NCBI GenBank assembly: GCA_044229845.1
Contig: JBGASG010000013.1
Span: forward strand, 1 to 64,000
Source of the DNA: Candidatus Obscuribacteraceae bacterium
Lineage (GTDB): Bacteria; Cyanobacteriota; Vampirovibrionia; Obscuribacterales; Obscuribacteraceae
DNA length: 64,000 nucleotides
Direction of reading: 5' to 3'
Of the stretch, positions 38,789 through 47,770 are shown piece by piece. Below the pieces are notes generated by a model. The model was not told the DNA's origin. It ran no database searches and worked only from the letters and a program-made list of their open reading frames with translations. How positions within the stretch are numbered: the first letter of the stretch is position 1; every line of letters starts with the position of its first letter. The translations under genes were made by a program, and so were the position numbers.

Positions 38789-39622
38789 GTGATTGAATTC
38801 GTAGTCGCATTTTTGCTCTTCTACATGTGGCACGGCATGGGCATCACAATCGGATACCATCGACTGTTAGCCCACCGCTCCTTCCAGTGCACGAAGGCGT
38901 TCGAATACTTCTTCATCCTCGGTGGCTACTTCGCCTACCAGGGATCGCCCATCTGGTGGAGCGCGATTCACCGCGCCCATCACAAGTATTCCGACACCGA
39001 CCTCGATCCGCATTCACCGCGCAAGGGCCTGTACTGGGCGCTGCTCGGTTGGATGCTGGAAGGCAAATATCCCGATCACGTCAACGGTCAGTTGCACTGC
39101 AAAGATTTGATCACCGATCCGATCTACCGTTTCGTTGAATGCGGCGGCAGCTTGAAGAAAGCCACGTTACTCAACTTCGTGATCAACTGCGTTTACAGAG
39201 GTTTGCTCTGGGCCATCTTCGGATGGAAGATTGCGCTGGCCAGCCTGCTGGCTTCGGTCATGGTCTTCACGATTCCGCAAATGTTGAACGTGGTCTGTCA
39301 CATTCCGAAGTTCGGATATCAAAACTTCACCACCAAAGAAGACAGCAGGAACGTCTGGTGGGTCGGACTGTTGGGCATGGGCGAAGGCTGGCACAACAAC
39401 CACCACGCCTATCCTGGTTCGGCTCAAACAGGCATTCGCCCGCACGAGCTGGACGTCAGCTGGCAGACGATTCGCCTCGGCAAATTCTTCGGCTGGGTGA
39501 AGAGCGTCAACACCCCCAAAGATGTTCAGCGCAAGCTGGCTCAGCGGGATGGTGCTCGAGTGCGTTTGGCTAACTTCCGCCGCATTCGTCGCCTGCGTCA
39601 ACGCTCGGCTTCTGCAGCCTAG
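38789..39622 (+). CDS. Delta-9 type fatty acid desaturase
   Basis: His boxes HRLLAH, HRAHH and GEGWHNNHH, plus DPHSP. Confidence 0.94.
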   Translation: MIEFVVAFLLFYMWHGMGITIGYHRLLAHRSFQCTKAFEYFFILGGYFAYQGSPIWWSAIHRAHHKYSDTDLDPHSPRKGLYWALLGWMLEGKYPDHVNGQLHCKDLITDPIYRFVECGGSLKKATLLNFVINCVYRGLLWAIFGWKIALASLLASVMVFTIPQMLNVVCHIPKFGYQNFTTKEDSRNVWWVGLLGMGEGWHNNHHAYPGSAQTGIRPHELDVSWQTIRLGKFFGWVKSVNTPKDVQRKLAQRDGARVRLANFRRIRRLRQRSASAA

Positions 39623-39646
39623 TCCAAACCAGACGAACAAACTATC

Positions 39647-39682
39647 AGGGGTGCAGCCACAAGCTGCACCCCTTCTTTCTTT
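39647..39682 (+). terminator. Intrinsic terminator after the rbp-desaturase operon
   Basis: AGGGGTGCAGC-CACAA-GCTGCACCCCT followed by TCTTTCTTT. Confidence 0.85.
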
Positions 39683-39736
39683 CTCGCTGTTGTCCGATCT
39701 GTCTGAGTTCTGACTTTCCTGACTGATCCTGATCGA

Positions 39737-40417
39737 TCAGGCAATCTTGCGTTCGCGTTCGACGTAAGGATTGATCAAGCCCTGCACCTTGTTGCGAGCG
39801 CGGGCGATGCGAGACTTGACTGTGCCCAGTTCGGTTCTGGTCAAAGTAGCGATCTCTTCATAGGACATTTGCTCGACTTCGCGCAGAACAATCGCTTCGC
39901 GGAAGTGCTCGGGGAGCTGATTCATCGCGTCCTGCACCACGGTCTCCAGTTCTTTGCGCTCGGCGATCTCAGCAGGACCGGCGGCACTGTCGGCGATATC
40001 ACGGGTGGCGCCTTCTTCCTGCTCGTCGTTGCCCAGAGGCTCGTCCATGGACACCAGACGCAGCTGGCGCGGTCTCTTTCTCAGTTCATCGTAGAAAAGA
40101 TTTTTGGCAATTTGATTGAGCCATGTCTTAAAGGCGCGCGGGTTTTTCAAAGACTTGATGTTGCGCCACATGCGGATGAAGACTTCCTGGGTCAAGTCAG
40201 CCTGGTTATCCCAATCGGGAGCCATTTTATAGACGAGACCGGTGATCAACCGCTGGTGTCTTTTGATCAAAATATCGAAGGCGCGTTGATTGCCTTGCTG
40301 GCATAGAAGAATCAGTTCGACATCGTCGAGATCCTTCATCGATTGCCCAGCCGGAACCAGGCGCAGCTTCGGTCTTGCCGACGAGGATGATGCTGATGAT
40401 TGCTCTTGCGAAAACAT
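39737..40417 (-). CDS. ECF sigma-70 factor (RpoE/cyanobacterial SigG-like)
   Basis: DLTQEVFIR, FKTWL..IAKNLFYDELRKR, SYEEIA...GTVKSRIARAR. Confidence 0.94.
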   Translation of the reverse strand: MFSQEQSSASSSSARPKLRLVPAGQSMKDLDDVELILLCQQGNQRAFDILIKRHQRLITGLVYKMAPDWDNQADLTQEVFIRMWRNIKSLKNPRAFKTWLNQIAKNLFYDELRKRPRQLRLVSMDEPLGNDEQEEGATRDIADSAAGPAEIAERKELETVVQDAMNQLPEHFREAIVLREVEQMSYEEIATLTRTELGTVKSRIARARNKVQGLINPYVERERKIA

Positions 40418-40594
40418 GGCTTTGGATTCCTTTTTGTATTTCTCTTGTTGGTATCAACGGGGTTGCTTGGTCCGTACACTTACATTTTGACCATTTCGCA
40501 AAACTTCCCCAGCCATGCAAACCTGTATGCCGGTATAGGAAAACTCTATAAATGCCACCCCTGTGAGCATTTATAGCCTCAAAAACCGTTAGAT

Positions 40595-40612
40595 ATCACC
40601 CGATCGGGTGAT
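40595..40612. promoter_or_regulatory. Perfect 18-bp palindrome, operator candidate upstream of the sigma factor gene
   Basis: ATCACCCGATCGGGTGAT is its own reverse complement and is intergenic. Confidence 0.6.
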
Positions 40613-40712
40613 TGCACCTACCCTCTCGGGGTGTTGCTAAATCGCTGATCAAGCCGGCAATCAGATGATTAACGGCTGCAAATTGGCAACTGTTGAGTTA
40701 CTCCTATGCGGC

Positions 40713-41951
40713 TCAACGGGCGTTGGCAGCCAATCCCGAGCCTGCGGACTTGCGAGCATTGCCGCCGGTGGACTGCGTCAAAGTTTCGTCCGTGATGCGC
40801 CGCATAATAATGGAACGTTTCGCCAGCTCGGTGAAGAAGAGTTCGGGCGGCACGCAGACCTCCGGCGCCAGAACGCCGCGATCGTTAATCACACCCAGAC
40901 CGATCATCTGGGCCACGATCGAGGGCGGCACGCCCGTATCAAGAGCACCGCAAGACACCTTCCACTCGGGGTTGGACAGAACCGTCGTTTCCATGCGCAC
41001 CGAAGCAGGGCGTCCGTGCTTGGTGCCCAGCACATCCACTCGAATAACTTCCGCGTCATCGGGATCTTGGGTGGGCATCGGATGTTTGCCGATTATCGCC
41101 GCCAGAATCGCTCGCGGATTTACCTGAGCACCATCGACGCTCAGCGAATCTTTTTCAGCAAAGCCCAGGTCAACTAGAAACTTCATGCGCTCATGAAACT
41201 GCGCCGGCAGCCCCAGTCGATAGGTGCAATTCTTAATTCCTTTATGCTGATAGTTGAGAGGAATGGTGGCAACTTCCGAATGCAGGGTGAGAAACGCCCG
41301 CATGCGTCCCACCGGTTCAGGCAAATCAAGCCACTGCTCGCCGGACATAGGCGGCTTGGCGAGAAACTTGCCGGCTTCAAAAACCCACGGCTCCAGCGCA
41401 TACTCATCCAGAATCGTATCAAGGGCATAAGGCGGCAGGCAGGGATGGTTGCACTGCACGAAATCGACGCCGGCGACCGCGATATCCACAGTCTCTACAG
41501 CATCGAGCTCATGGGCAGCATGGGCGGCCATGATGTTGGTGATGCCGGGTGCAGCGCCCATGCCCAGACACGCCAGAAGATTTTTTTGCTTGAACTTTTC
41601 ATTCAATTCCAACTGCTTGCGCGTGATGTGAAACAGTCCGCCCAAATCCAGATAGTGACAGCCGGCTTCCAGTGCCGCTTCCATCACTTGCACGTTGAAA
41701 TAATAGGGAGTCGAATTGACCACCACAGAAGCGCCGCTGAAAGCTTTTTTGAGACTCTCAGGATCCTTGAGGTTGGCAGCCGCCGTCGATATCTTGGTGC
41801 CTCCGCTCTGCACCGACTTGCGCACTTCCTCCGCTTTAGAAGGATTGAGATCGGCAATCACGATCTGCGCATCACCGGGGGTTGTGTGAGCCAGATCCCT
41901 GACGATCACCTGACCCATAGCCCCGGCACCACCGAGCACCACAAACTTCAT
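40713..41951 (-). CDS. Saccharopine dehydrogenase family oxidoreductase
   Basis: LGGAGAMG, HYLDLGG, GMGAAPGITN, HSE, GVLAPE. AGGAGG SD before ATG 41951. Confidence 0.9.
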   Translation of the reverse strand: MKFVVLGGAGAMGQVIVRDLAHTTPGDAQIVIADLNPSKAEEVRKSVQSGGTKISTAAANLKDPESLKKAFSGASVVVNSTPYYFNVQVMEAALEAGCHYLDLGGLFHITRKQLELNEKFKQKNLLACLGMGAAPGITNIMAAHAAHELDAVETVDIAVAGVDFVQCNHPCLPPYALDTILDEYALEPWVFEAGKFLAKPPMSGEQWLDLPEPVGRMRAFLTLHSEVATIPLNYQHKGIKNCTYRLGLPAQFHERMKFLVDLGFAEKDSLSVDGAQVNPRAILAAIIGKHPMPTQDPDDAEVIRVDVLGTKHGRPASVRMETTVLSNPEWKVSCGALDTGVPPSIVAQMIGLGVINDRGVLAPEVCVPPELFFTELAKRSIIMRRITDETLTQSTGGNARKSAGSGLAANAR

Positions 41952-41998
41952 TTTCTGCCCTCCTGGGGGCAAAAAGTGTACCACGGCCAGGCATACGC

Positions 41999-42493
41999 CT
42001 ACTTGGCCAGTCCTTCAATTACCTGCACGAGCGGGATTTTGAGCAGCTCCGTGGGACTTACTAAAAGCTTGGAAGAGCGGTTGCCGCCGCCGATCACGAC
42101 TTTGCCGGCGCTGTTCATGACCTGCGAGTCGACGAAGATCGGCATCTCGGGCAGTCCGACGGGCGTCACCCCGCCGATTTCCATACCGGTGAGGGCGAGC
42201 GTTTGCTCGGCCGAGGCGAATGATGCCCGTTTCACGTCCAACAGTTGGCAGAGTTTCTTATTCACATCCAGGCGGGTATTGGCCAGAACCAGGCAGCAAG
42301 CGTATTTAACCGGTTCGGCTTTGGACGCGCCAATGATGGCGTTGGCAGCCTGGTCGGCGGTGAAATTGTAGTGCTGGCAAAACTGAGCCGTATCGGCCAG
42401 AGTCGGGTCGCAGGCAAGAGTTTCGAAGCTCAGGTGAAACTCTTCCAGTGCCTTCTGGACCGCCGGATGCAGGATGCTCAGGTCAACCGTCAT
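41999..42493 (-). CDS. YbaK/EbsC (aminoacyl-tRNA editing domain) family protein
   Basis: SFASAE, TGMEIGGVTPVG, GGGNRSSK. Confidence 0.88.
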   Translation of the reverse strand: MTVDLSILHPAVQKALEEFHLSFETLACDPTLADTAQFCQHYNFTADQAANAIIGASKAEPVKYACCLVLANTRLDVNKKLCQLLDVKRASFASAEQTLALTGMEIGGVTPVGLPEMPIFVDSQVMNSAGKVVIGGGNRSSKLLVSPTELLKIPLVQVIEGLAK

Positions 42494-42578
42494 GAATGCA
42501 ATTCTAAGGCATGGACAGGAACAGGCAAACCCAACTTGCTGTCTCATTCGAATATCGATCAAACAAGAGGGTCATCAC

Positions 42579-42833
42579 ATGCAAAATGTGCCGCCAAGAG
42601 GCGATTTAAAAGAAGCAGAGTGCGAGTGCGCCGCGGATGCGGCACTTTCAGAGCCGATAGCCTCAAACGTACAAGGCGTTGAGGACACTGAGGTCGGTGA
42701 ATTGCTCGAAGAAAAGCGGCAAGCCAAATGCGGCGGCGATGAAGATGAAGCCCGGCATCTGGACGGCAAACTGCGCAAGCGCATTATGCGCGATCTCAAC
42801 GAGATGGATGGCGACTACAAATCGATGGCTTAG
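42579..42833 (+). CDS. Small acidic hypothetical protein
   Basis: AAGAGG SD before ATG 42579, fills the gap between genes. Confidence 0.6.
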   Translation: MQNVPPRGDLKEAECECAADAALSEPIASNVQGVEDTEVGELLEEKRQAKCGGDEDEARHLDGKLRKRIMRDLNEMDGDYKSMA

Positions 42834-42864
42834 ACGGCACCACATACGGTGCGCCTGGCTCGAC

Positions 42865-43389
42865 TCAAAACTGGCGCTTGCCACTGGCGGGCGCGCCGCA
42901 AGCGGCCGGTGCACTCGTGTATGGCGCGCCGGTTTGCGCGGCAGCACCGTTCTGTCCGGGGACGTAGAAGCGTTGCGGCTTGACGGCGGCGGCTGCATTT
43001 CTGGTGCGCTGGGCAGCCGCGCGTTTGGCAGCATCGGCTTTTTTCTTCGCCACTGCCTGCGCGTACTGGTCCTGATACATGACCGCACCATTGCCGGAGC
43101 GCACAGTGTTGTTGTACAGATTGTCGCCCGGCGTTCGAATATGACTGCCGGCGTTCACCTTGGGCAAGCTGGTGCCGATGCCGGCGGCGCCGCCTTTGGC
43201 GGAACCGGACATGGAGCTGTCGACGTACGTCGGTGATGGATTGGAGAGTCCGTTCTGGCTTTGCTTGACCACTCGCGTGTTGCCGAAGCTGGAGTGATAA
43301 CCGTTGTTCTGAGCCCCGGCCGGTAGCGCACCGGTCAGAAAAACTACGGCGCTGCAGATCACCGGCAGCGAATTGATGAGAGTCGACAT
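42865..43389 (-). CDS. Secreted G/S/N/Q/A-rich protein, paralog B
   Basis: Signal peptide ending AGA, colinear similarity to the adjacent gene. Confidence 0.85.
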   Translation of the reverse strand: MSTLINSLPVICSAVVFLTGALPAGAQNNGYHSSFGNTRVVKQSQNGLSNPSPTYVDSSMSGSAKGGAAGIGTSLPKVNAGSHIRTPGDNLYNNTVRSGNGAVMYQDQYAQAVAKKKADAAKRAAAQRTRNAAAAVKPQRFYVPGQNGAAAQTGAPYTSAPAACGAPASGKRQF

Positions 43390-43408
43390 GGCACTATATC
43401 TGGTGCGG

Positions 43409-43957
43409 TTAGAAACCACGCCGTCCATTGCCGCCGCCGCCGCTGTTGCCGGCTTCGGCGTAGGTGGACATACCGCCCGGGTTGTAATATGTCTGTCCGC
43501 CCGCTTGCACGGTGGCGGAGCCGTTCTGTCCCGGCACATAGAAGTTGCCGCTCTGTTGGCGCACCTGTTGTCCGCGCTGGCGTGCCATCATTTTGGCTTG
43601 CTGATTCATGGCTGCCTGCTTTTTTCTGGCCTGTTCTGCCATGTATTGGTCCTGGTAGAGGAAAGAGCCGTTGGAGGCACGCATCGAACCCTGGTCGTTA
43701 TACATGTTGTCGCCGGCGGTGCGGACGTGGCTGCCCATGTTGACCACAGGCAGAGCGGCGCCGACGCCCGCTGACTTACCTTGTGCGGAACGAGACATAG
43801 TCCCGGCACCGATGTAGGTCGCCGATGGCGTATAAAGTCCTGTCTGGTTCTGTTGCACAACCCGGCTGTTGCCATAGCTCTTGTGATAGCCCTGGGCGAA
43901 CGACGGCAAAGCGGTGACGGAAAGCAAGGCTGCCAGTAACAAAGCGCTATTTTTCAT
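43409..43957 (-). CDS. Secreted G/Q/S/N-rich protein, paralog A
   Basis: MKNSALLLAALL...SFA signal peptide, colinear similarity to the adjacent gene. Confidence 0.87.
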   Translation of the reverse strand: MKNSALLLAALLSVTALPSFAQGYHKSYGNSRVVQQNQTGLYTPSATYIGAGTMSRSAQGKSAGVGAALPVVNMGSHVRTAGDNMYNDQGSMRASNGSFLYQDQYMAEQARKKQAAMNQQAKMMARQRGQQVRQQSGNFYVPGQNGSATVQAGGQTYYNPGGMSTYAEAGNSGGGGNGRRGF

Positions 43958-44090
43958 AAGGTTAGGCCTAGTAAGTTGGGGCGGGGTGCGACCACATGTT
44001 GACAATCCTAACTTACTTATACCCAAAATGTAACTTAGAATTTCGTGGAAATGGCGTGGAATGCCTCGCCGAGCCCCAAAATTCGGACGT

Positions 44091-44792
44091 TCAGTCCATA
44101 AACCGGTACTTAAAAAGAGCCCAGATGGCGCCAAAGCCGTCCTTCCAGGTGATTTTCTTCCCTTCGGCATAGTCGCGCCCGAAGTAGGAAATAGGCAACT
44201 CGTAGATGCGTACACCCTGTTTGAGTACCTTGGCCGTGATCTCAGGCTCAAATTCGAAGCGGTTTGACTTGATGACGACGCGCTTGAATATGTCGGCTTT
44301 GAAGACCTTGTAGCACGTCTCCATGTCGGTCAGCGTGCAGTCATAGAGGATGTTGGTCAACAACGACAAAAACTTGTTGCCCACATAGTGCGTGAATTTG
44401 AAAGCCCGCGCCACCTTGCTGCCCGTCAGGCGGGAGCCGTAGACGACATCTGCGTGCCCGTCCAGAATCGGTGTCAAAAGATTGGGATATTCGTCCGGAC
44501 TGTACTCCAGATCAGCATCCTGAATCATAATGATGTCGCCGGTTGCTTTGCCCTGCCCCGTACGCAAGGCAGCGCCCTTGCCTTGATTCTTCTCGTGCAT
44601 GAAGATGCGGGCATGATATTTGTCGGCATCCAGAGTCGACAGCAGATCTCGCGTGCCATCGGTCGAGCCGTCATCAACGATAATCAGCTCCTTCTCAAGC
44701 CCGAGCGTGTTGGAGTTAGCCACCTTGTCGAGCACTTCGACGAGAGTCTTTACTTCGTTGAAAACTGGAATCAGGATCGACAGCTTTTTCAT
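44091..44792 (-). CDS. GT2 glycosyltransferase (DPM1-like)
   Basis: IPVFNE, VDDGSTDGT, NQGKG, QDADLEY, DMETCYK. Confidence 0.95.
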   Translation of the reverse strand: MKKLSILIPVFNEVKTLVEVLDKVANSNTLGLEKELIIVDDGSTDGTRDLLSTLDADKYHARIFMHEKNQGKGAALRTGQGKATGDIIMIQDADLEYSPDEYPNLLTPILDGHADVVYGSRLTGSKVARAFKFTHYVGNKFLSLLTNILYDCTLTDMETCYKVFKADIFKRVVIKSNRFEFEPEITAKVLKQGVRIYELPISYFGRDYAEGKKITWKDGFGAIWALFKYRFMD

Positions 44793-45524
44793 TTAGGCGC
44801 GCAAGTGAAGGGCATGCTGGTGGGCCTTCGTTTCCAGAAGGTCGTTCAGCGCTTTTAACTGTACATCACCATGGCGTCGTTTGAGCGCACGAGCAATCAG
44901 TTCGTCGGTAAACTGTGGATTTTTCGGCAACAGCGAACCATGCAAATAGGTGCCGTAAACCATGCCTTTGCCTACTTCCTGCGCACAACCTTCCAATCCG
45001 TCGTCACCGTTGTTGCCATTACCAGTGGTTACTTTCCCCAGCGGCTTCACTTCGCTACCGAGAATGGTTTTGCCGCTGTGATTCTCAAAGCCAACCAGAG
45101 TCGAACCGTCGGCGCGCTCGACGACAACATTGCCGATCATGCGTCGATTTCCCGCTACCGTGTGCGCATCCACCAGCGAGATGCCTTTCAAATCGTCGCC
45201 GCCGTGCGGCCTGTAGTAATGTCCCAAAAGCTGATAGCCACCGCATATCGACAAGATCACCGCACCACTTTCTACCGCCTCGTGCATCGCCTGTCGCCTT
45301 GCCTGCAAATCGACGGCAATCACCTGTTGCTGCTTATCCTGTCCACCGCCGATGAAATATATATCGAAGCGATCAATATCGATCTTTTCGCCGATCCCGA
45401 CGGGCTCTACCTCGGCGTCGATGCCGCGCCAGCGGGCCCGTTGCAGCAAGGTGATGATGTTGCCCCGGTCACCGTAGATGTTGAGAAAGTGCGCATAAAG
45501 ATGGGCGATGCGAAGTGTGTGCAT
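44793..45524 (-). CDS. gatD: Type 1 glutamine amidotransferase, GatD (CobQ-like) family
   Basis: LNIYGDRGN, GGGQD, ICGGYQLLG, GFENH, TYLHGSLLPKN. Confidence 0.9.
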   Translation of the reverse strand: MHTLRIAHLYAHFLNIYGDRGNIITLLQRARWRGIDAEVEPVGIGEKIDIDRFDIYFIGGGQDKQQQVIAVDLQARRQAMHEAVESGAVILSICGGYQLLGHYYRPHGGDDLKGISLVDAHTVAGNRRMIGNVVVERADGSTLVGFENHSGKTILGSEVKPLGKVTTGNGNNGDDGLEGCAQEVGKGMVYGTYLHGSLLPKNPQFTDELIARALKRRHGDVQLKALNDLLETKAHQHALHLRA

Positions 45525-45546
45525 GCAGCAAGTATCGCACATGCTG

Positions 45547-47208
45547 CTACTTGGCGTGCCGCTTGACCGGATGCTTGGTGCTTTTTACCGAAGACTGAGT
45601 GGCAACCGGCTTCAGCAGCGCCGGATTCTCCGTTTCAATTTTTTGCAAAATATCACGCTTCATCTCGCGGGCAGCTTGCATTTGTTGCGAGTTCTCGCCG
45701 TACTGGCGCTTCTCCATCACTTCCAGATCTTCGGCCGCTTTCAACGCCGTGGACAGATGTCCGGTAGCCGAGGACACCTCGGCTAACCGCGTCAGACAAT
45801 CTGCATATAGAGCGGTGTCGTGACCGGTGCTCAGACATTGGCTTGCATACTTCAGATAATAGAAAGCCAGCTCCGGCCTTTTTTGTCGGTCATAGAGGTC
45901 AGCCAGAAGAAACGCCGCCGCGCCGGCATGCGCAGACAGAGCACCGAACTTGGACATCCGGTAGTCGAGAGCTTGCTCCAGAAATTCGCGTGCGGACTCA
46001 CCGCCCTCATGAGACTCCATGCCGTCGGCCACATACGCCAGTTCTTGGTCGCTTTTGATCTTGGGCGTCACTTCCTGCATGCCCATGAGATTCACCATGA
46101 TCACAGGTTCGGCAAACTCAAAATAAACGACCAGTGCCAGTGCACCATATACGATGGCACGCAACGCAATGCGCATCCATTTGCCCTGCGGCGAGTTAAG
46201 CTTGCGCAACAGGCGTTTCCAGCCCGGCACCAGTGGACGCTGCCCCTTGATGCCGGCACCAATCGAATCGCGGAAGTCCAGCGCACTCTGAAATCGTTCT
46301 TCGCGTCGCTTTGCCAGTCCTTTGCTAACTGCCGCTTGCAACTCAGGAGGCACCGTGTCTGCCACATCTGTGCCATCGAAGGTCGGCACCGGTCCGCCGA
46401 CATGCGCGCTCATGCACTCCATCGGATTGCCGGCGAATGGTTTGACTCCCGCCATCGATTCGAACAACGAACAGGTCAGAGAATAGACATCCGAACGCCC
46501 GTCCAGTTTCTCACCCAGACATTGCTCAGGACTCATGTAAGCAGGGCTGCCGATTGTCTGTCCTGTCGATGTGATCTCCGAAATTTCGGCCGCCGGTCCG
46601 AGCGACTTGGCCAAGCCAAAATCGACAATCTTGACCGTGCAGCCGCCGACAGTTCCCTCAGTGATAAACAGATTGCTGGGCTTGATGTCGCGATGCACCA
46701 GCCCCCGAAAGTGAGCATATGCCAGGCCTTCAGCCGCCTGCTTGAAGATCTCCACAGCTTGCGGCGGGCTCAGTTTGCCCGATCGCTTCAGGCGATCGGC
46801 TAGCGTTTCGCCTTCCAGATGCTCCATGACGATATAAGGCTGTCCCATAGGAGTCAGCCCGTAATCATAAGTAGCGACTATATTCGGATGGGACAGCCGG
46901 CTAGCCGCCCGCGCCTCATTTTCAAACCGCCGGCGCTTTTCCTGGTCGGAAGCCAGCGGCAAATGCAAAAGTTTGACCGCCACCAATCGCTGCAATTTCT
47001 CATCGCGAGCCCGATACACCATGCTCCAACCGCCGATGCCCACCGGCTCCTCAATGCGAAAGCGACCATTGATCACCAGATTGATATACGGGTCGGCAAT
47101 CGCTGCCGGCAGCGGAGAGCAGGCATGCGAAGCCGCTTCGCTGTACGGCAAACTACAGTCGGCGCAGATCTTCACGTCGGTTTCTTGCTCTGCGTCTTTC
47201 AAGGGCAA
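45547..47208 (-). CDS. Membrane Ser/Thr protein kinase with a TPR-like C-terminus
   Basis: VAVK, HRDIKPSN, DFG, GSPAYMSPE, TM segment. Confidence 0.94.
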   Translation of the reverse strand: MPLKDAEQETDVKICADCSLPYSEAASHACSPLPAAIADPYINLVINGRFRIEEPVGIGGWSMVYRARDEKLQRLVAVKLLHLPLASDQEKRRRFENEARAASRLSHPNIVATYDYGLTPMGQPYIVMEHLEGETLADRLKRSGKLSPPQAVEIFKQAAEGLAYAHFRGLVHRDIKPSNLFITEGTVGGCTVKIVDFGLAKSLGPAAEISEITSTGQTIGSPAYMSPEQCLGEKLDGRSDVYSLTCSLFESMAGVKPFAGNPMECMSAHVGGPVPTFDGTDVADTVPPELQAAVSKGLAKRREERFQSALDFRDSIGAGIKGQRPLVPGWKRLLRKLNSPQGKWMRIALRAIVYGALALVVYFEFAEPVIMVNLMGMQEVTPKIKSDQELAYVADGMESHEGGESAREFLEQALDYRMSKFGALSAHAGAAAFLLADLYDRQKRPELAFYYLKYASQCLSTGHDTALYADCLTRLAEVSSATGHLSTALKAAEDLEVMEKRQYGENSQQMQAAREMKRDILQKIETENPALLKPVATQSSVKSTKHPVKRHAK

Positions 47209-47276
47209 TCTCGTCGGAAACCCAACAGCATCTGCATTATGCCCAGTCCTGAACGGGCCGGCACAACCGTAAATGC

Positions 47277-47312
47277 AAAAAGGGAGAGGCCGGAATAATC
47301 CGGCCTCTCCCT
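47277..47312 (-). terminator. Intrinsic terminator
   Basis: AGGGAGAGGCCGGA-ATAA-TCCGGCCTCTCCCT with an A-run on the left (U-tract on the minus strand). Confidence 0.88.
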
Positions 47313-47349
47313 CACCCCTCGTGATAAAACCTTGTGCTGACGCGCCTCG

Positions 47350-47670
47350 TTAGCGAATCGCCCGCTTATAGCGATCCTCTAACAGTGGCGGCATGCCGGT
47401 GGCAGGCAAATGCTCCACCGGGGCATACGAACCGATTGTCGAAAGTCCTGTGTCAGCCTGGTTCGGTTCAGTCGGACCGACATCAGCAAACGGCTGGGCG
47501 ATCACCAGCCAGAGCGCGAAGGCAAAGAGAATCAGCGATGCCGTCGCAAACAACACGACGCCCAGACCTTCTCCGTCTCCGTCAAAAACGTTCCATTGTG
47601 GTTCAGACTGTGCTGTGGCCCGGTTCTCACGAATATAGAAGTTAGGTTTTCGCTTCTCCAGAACGGCCAT
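47350..47670 (-). CDS. Small single-TM hypothetical protein
   Basis: AAGGA SD, one TM, followed by a terminator. Confidence 0.65.
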   Translation of the reverse strand: MAVLEKRKPNFYIRENRATAQSEPQWNVFDGDGEGLGVVLFATASLILFAFALWLVIAQPFADVGPTEPNQADTGLSTIGSYAPVEHLPATGMPPLLEDRYKRAIR

Positions 47671-47770
47671 TTTCCTTGCCTCTGTTTCGCAAAAGACGCT
47701 CTGTCAGTTGCACAGGAAGTGACGCGAAAGGCGTATCGCGTGTTCCCGTCAGGCACAGCAATAATTATGT

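Noticed and set aside
41193..42371. 392-aa plus-strand ORF
   Set aside because: Antisense shadow of the saccharopine dehydrogenase and YbaK genes, with no motifs. Such ORFs are expected at this GC content.
45820..46803. 327-aa plus-strand ORF
   Set aside because: Antisense shadow of the Ser/Thr kinase gene.
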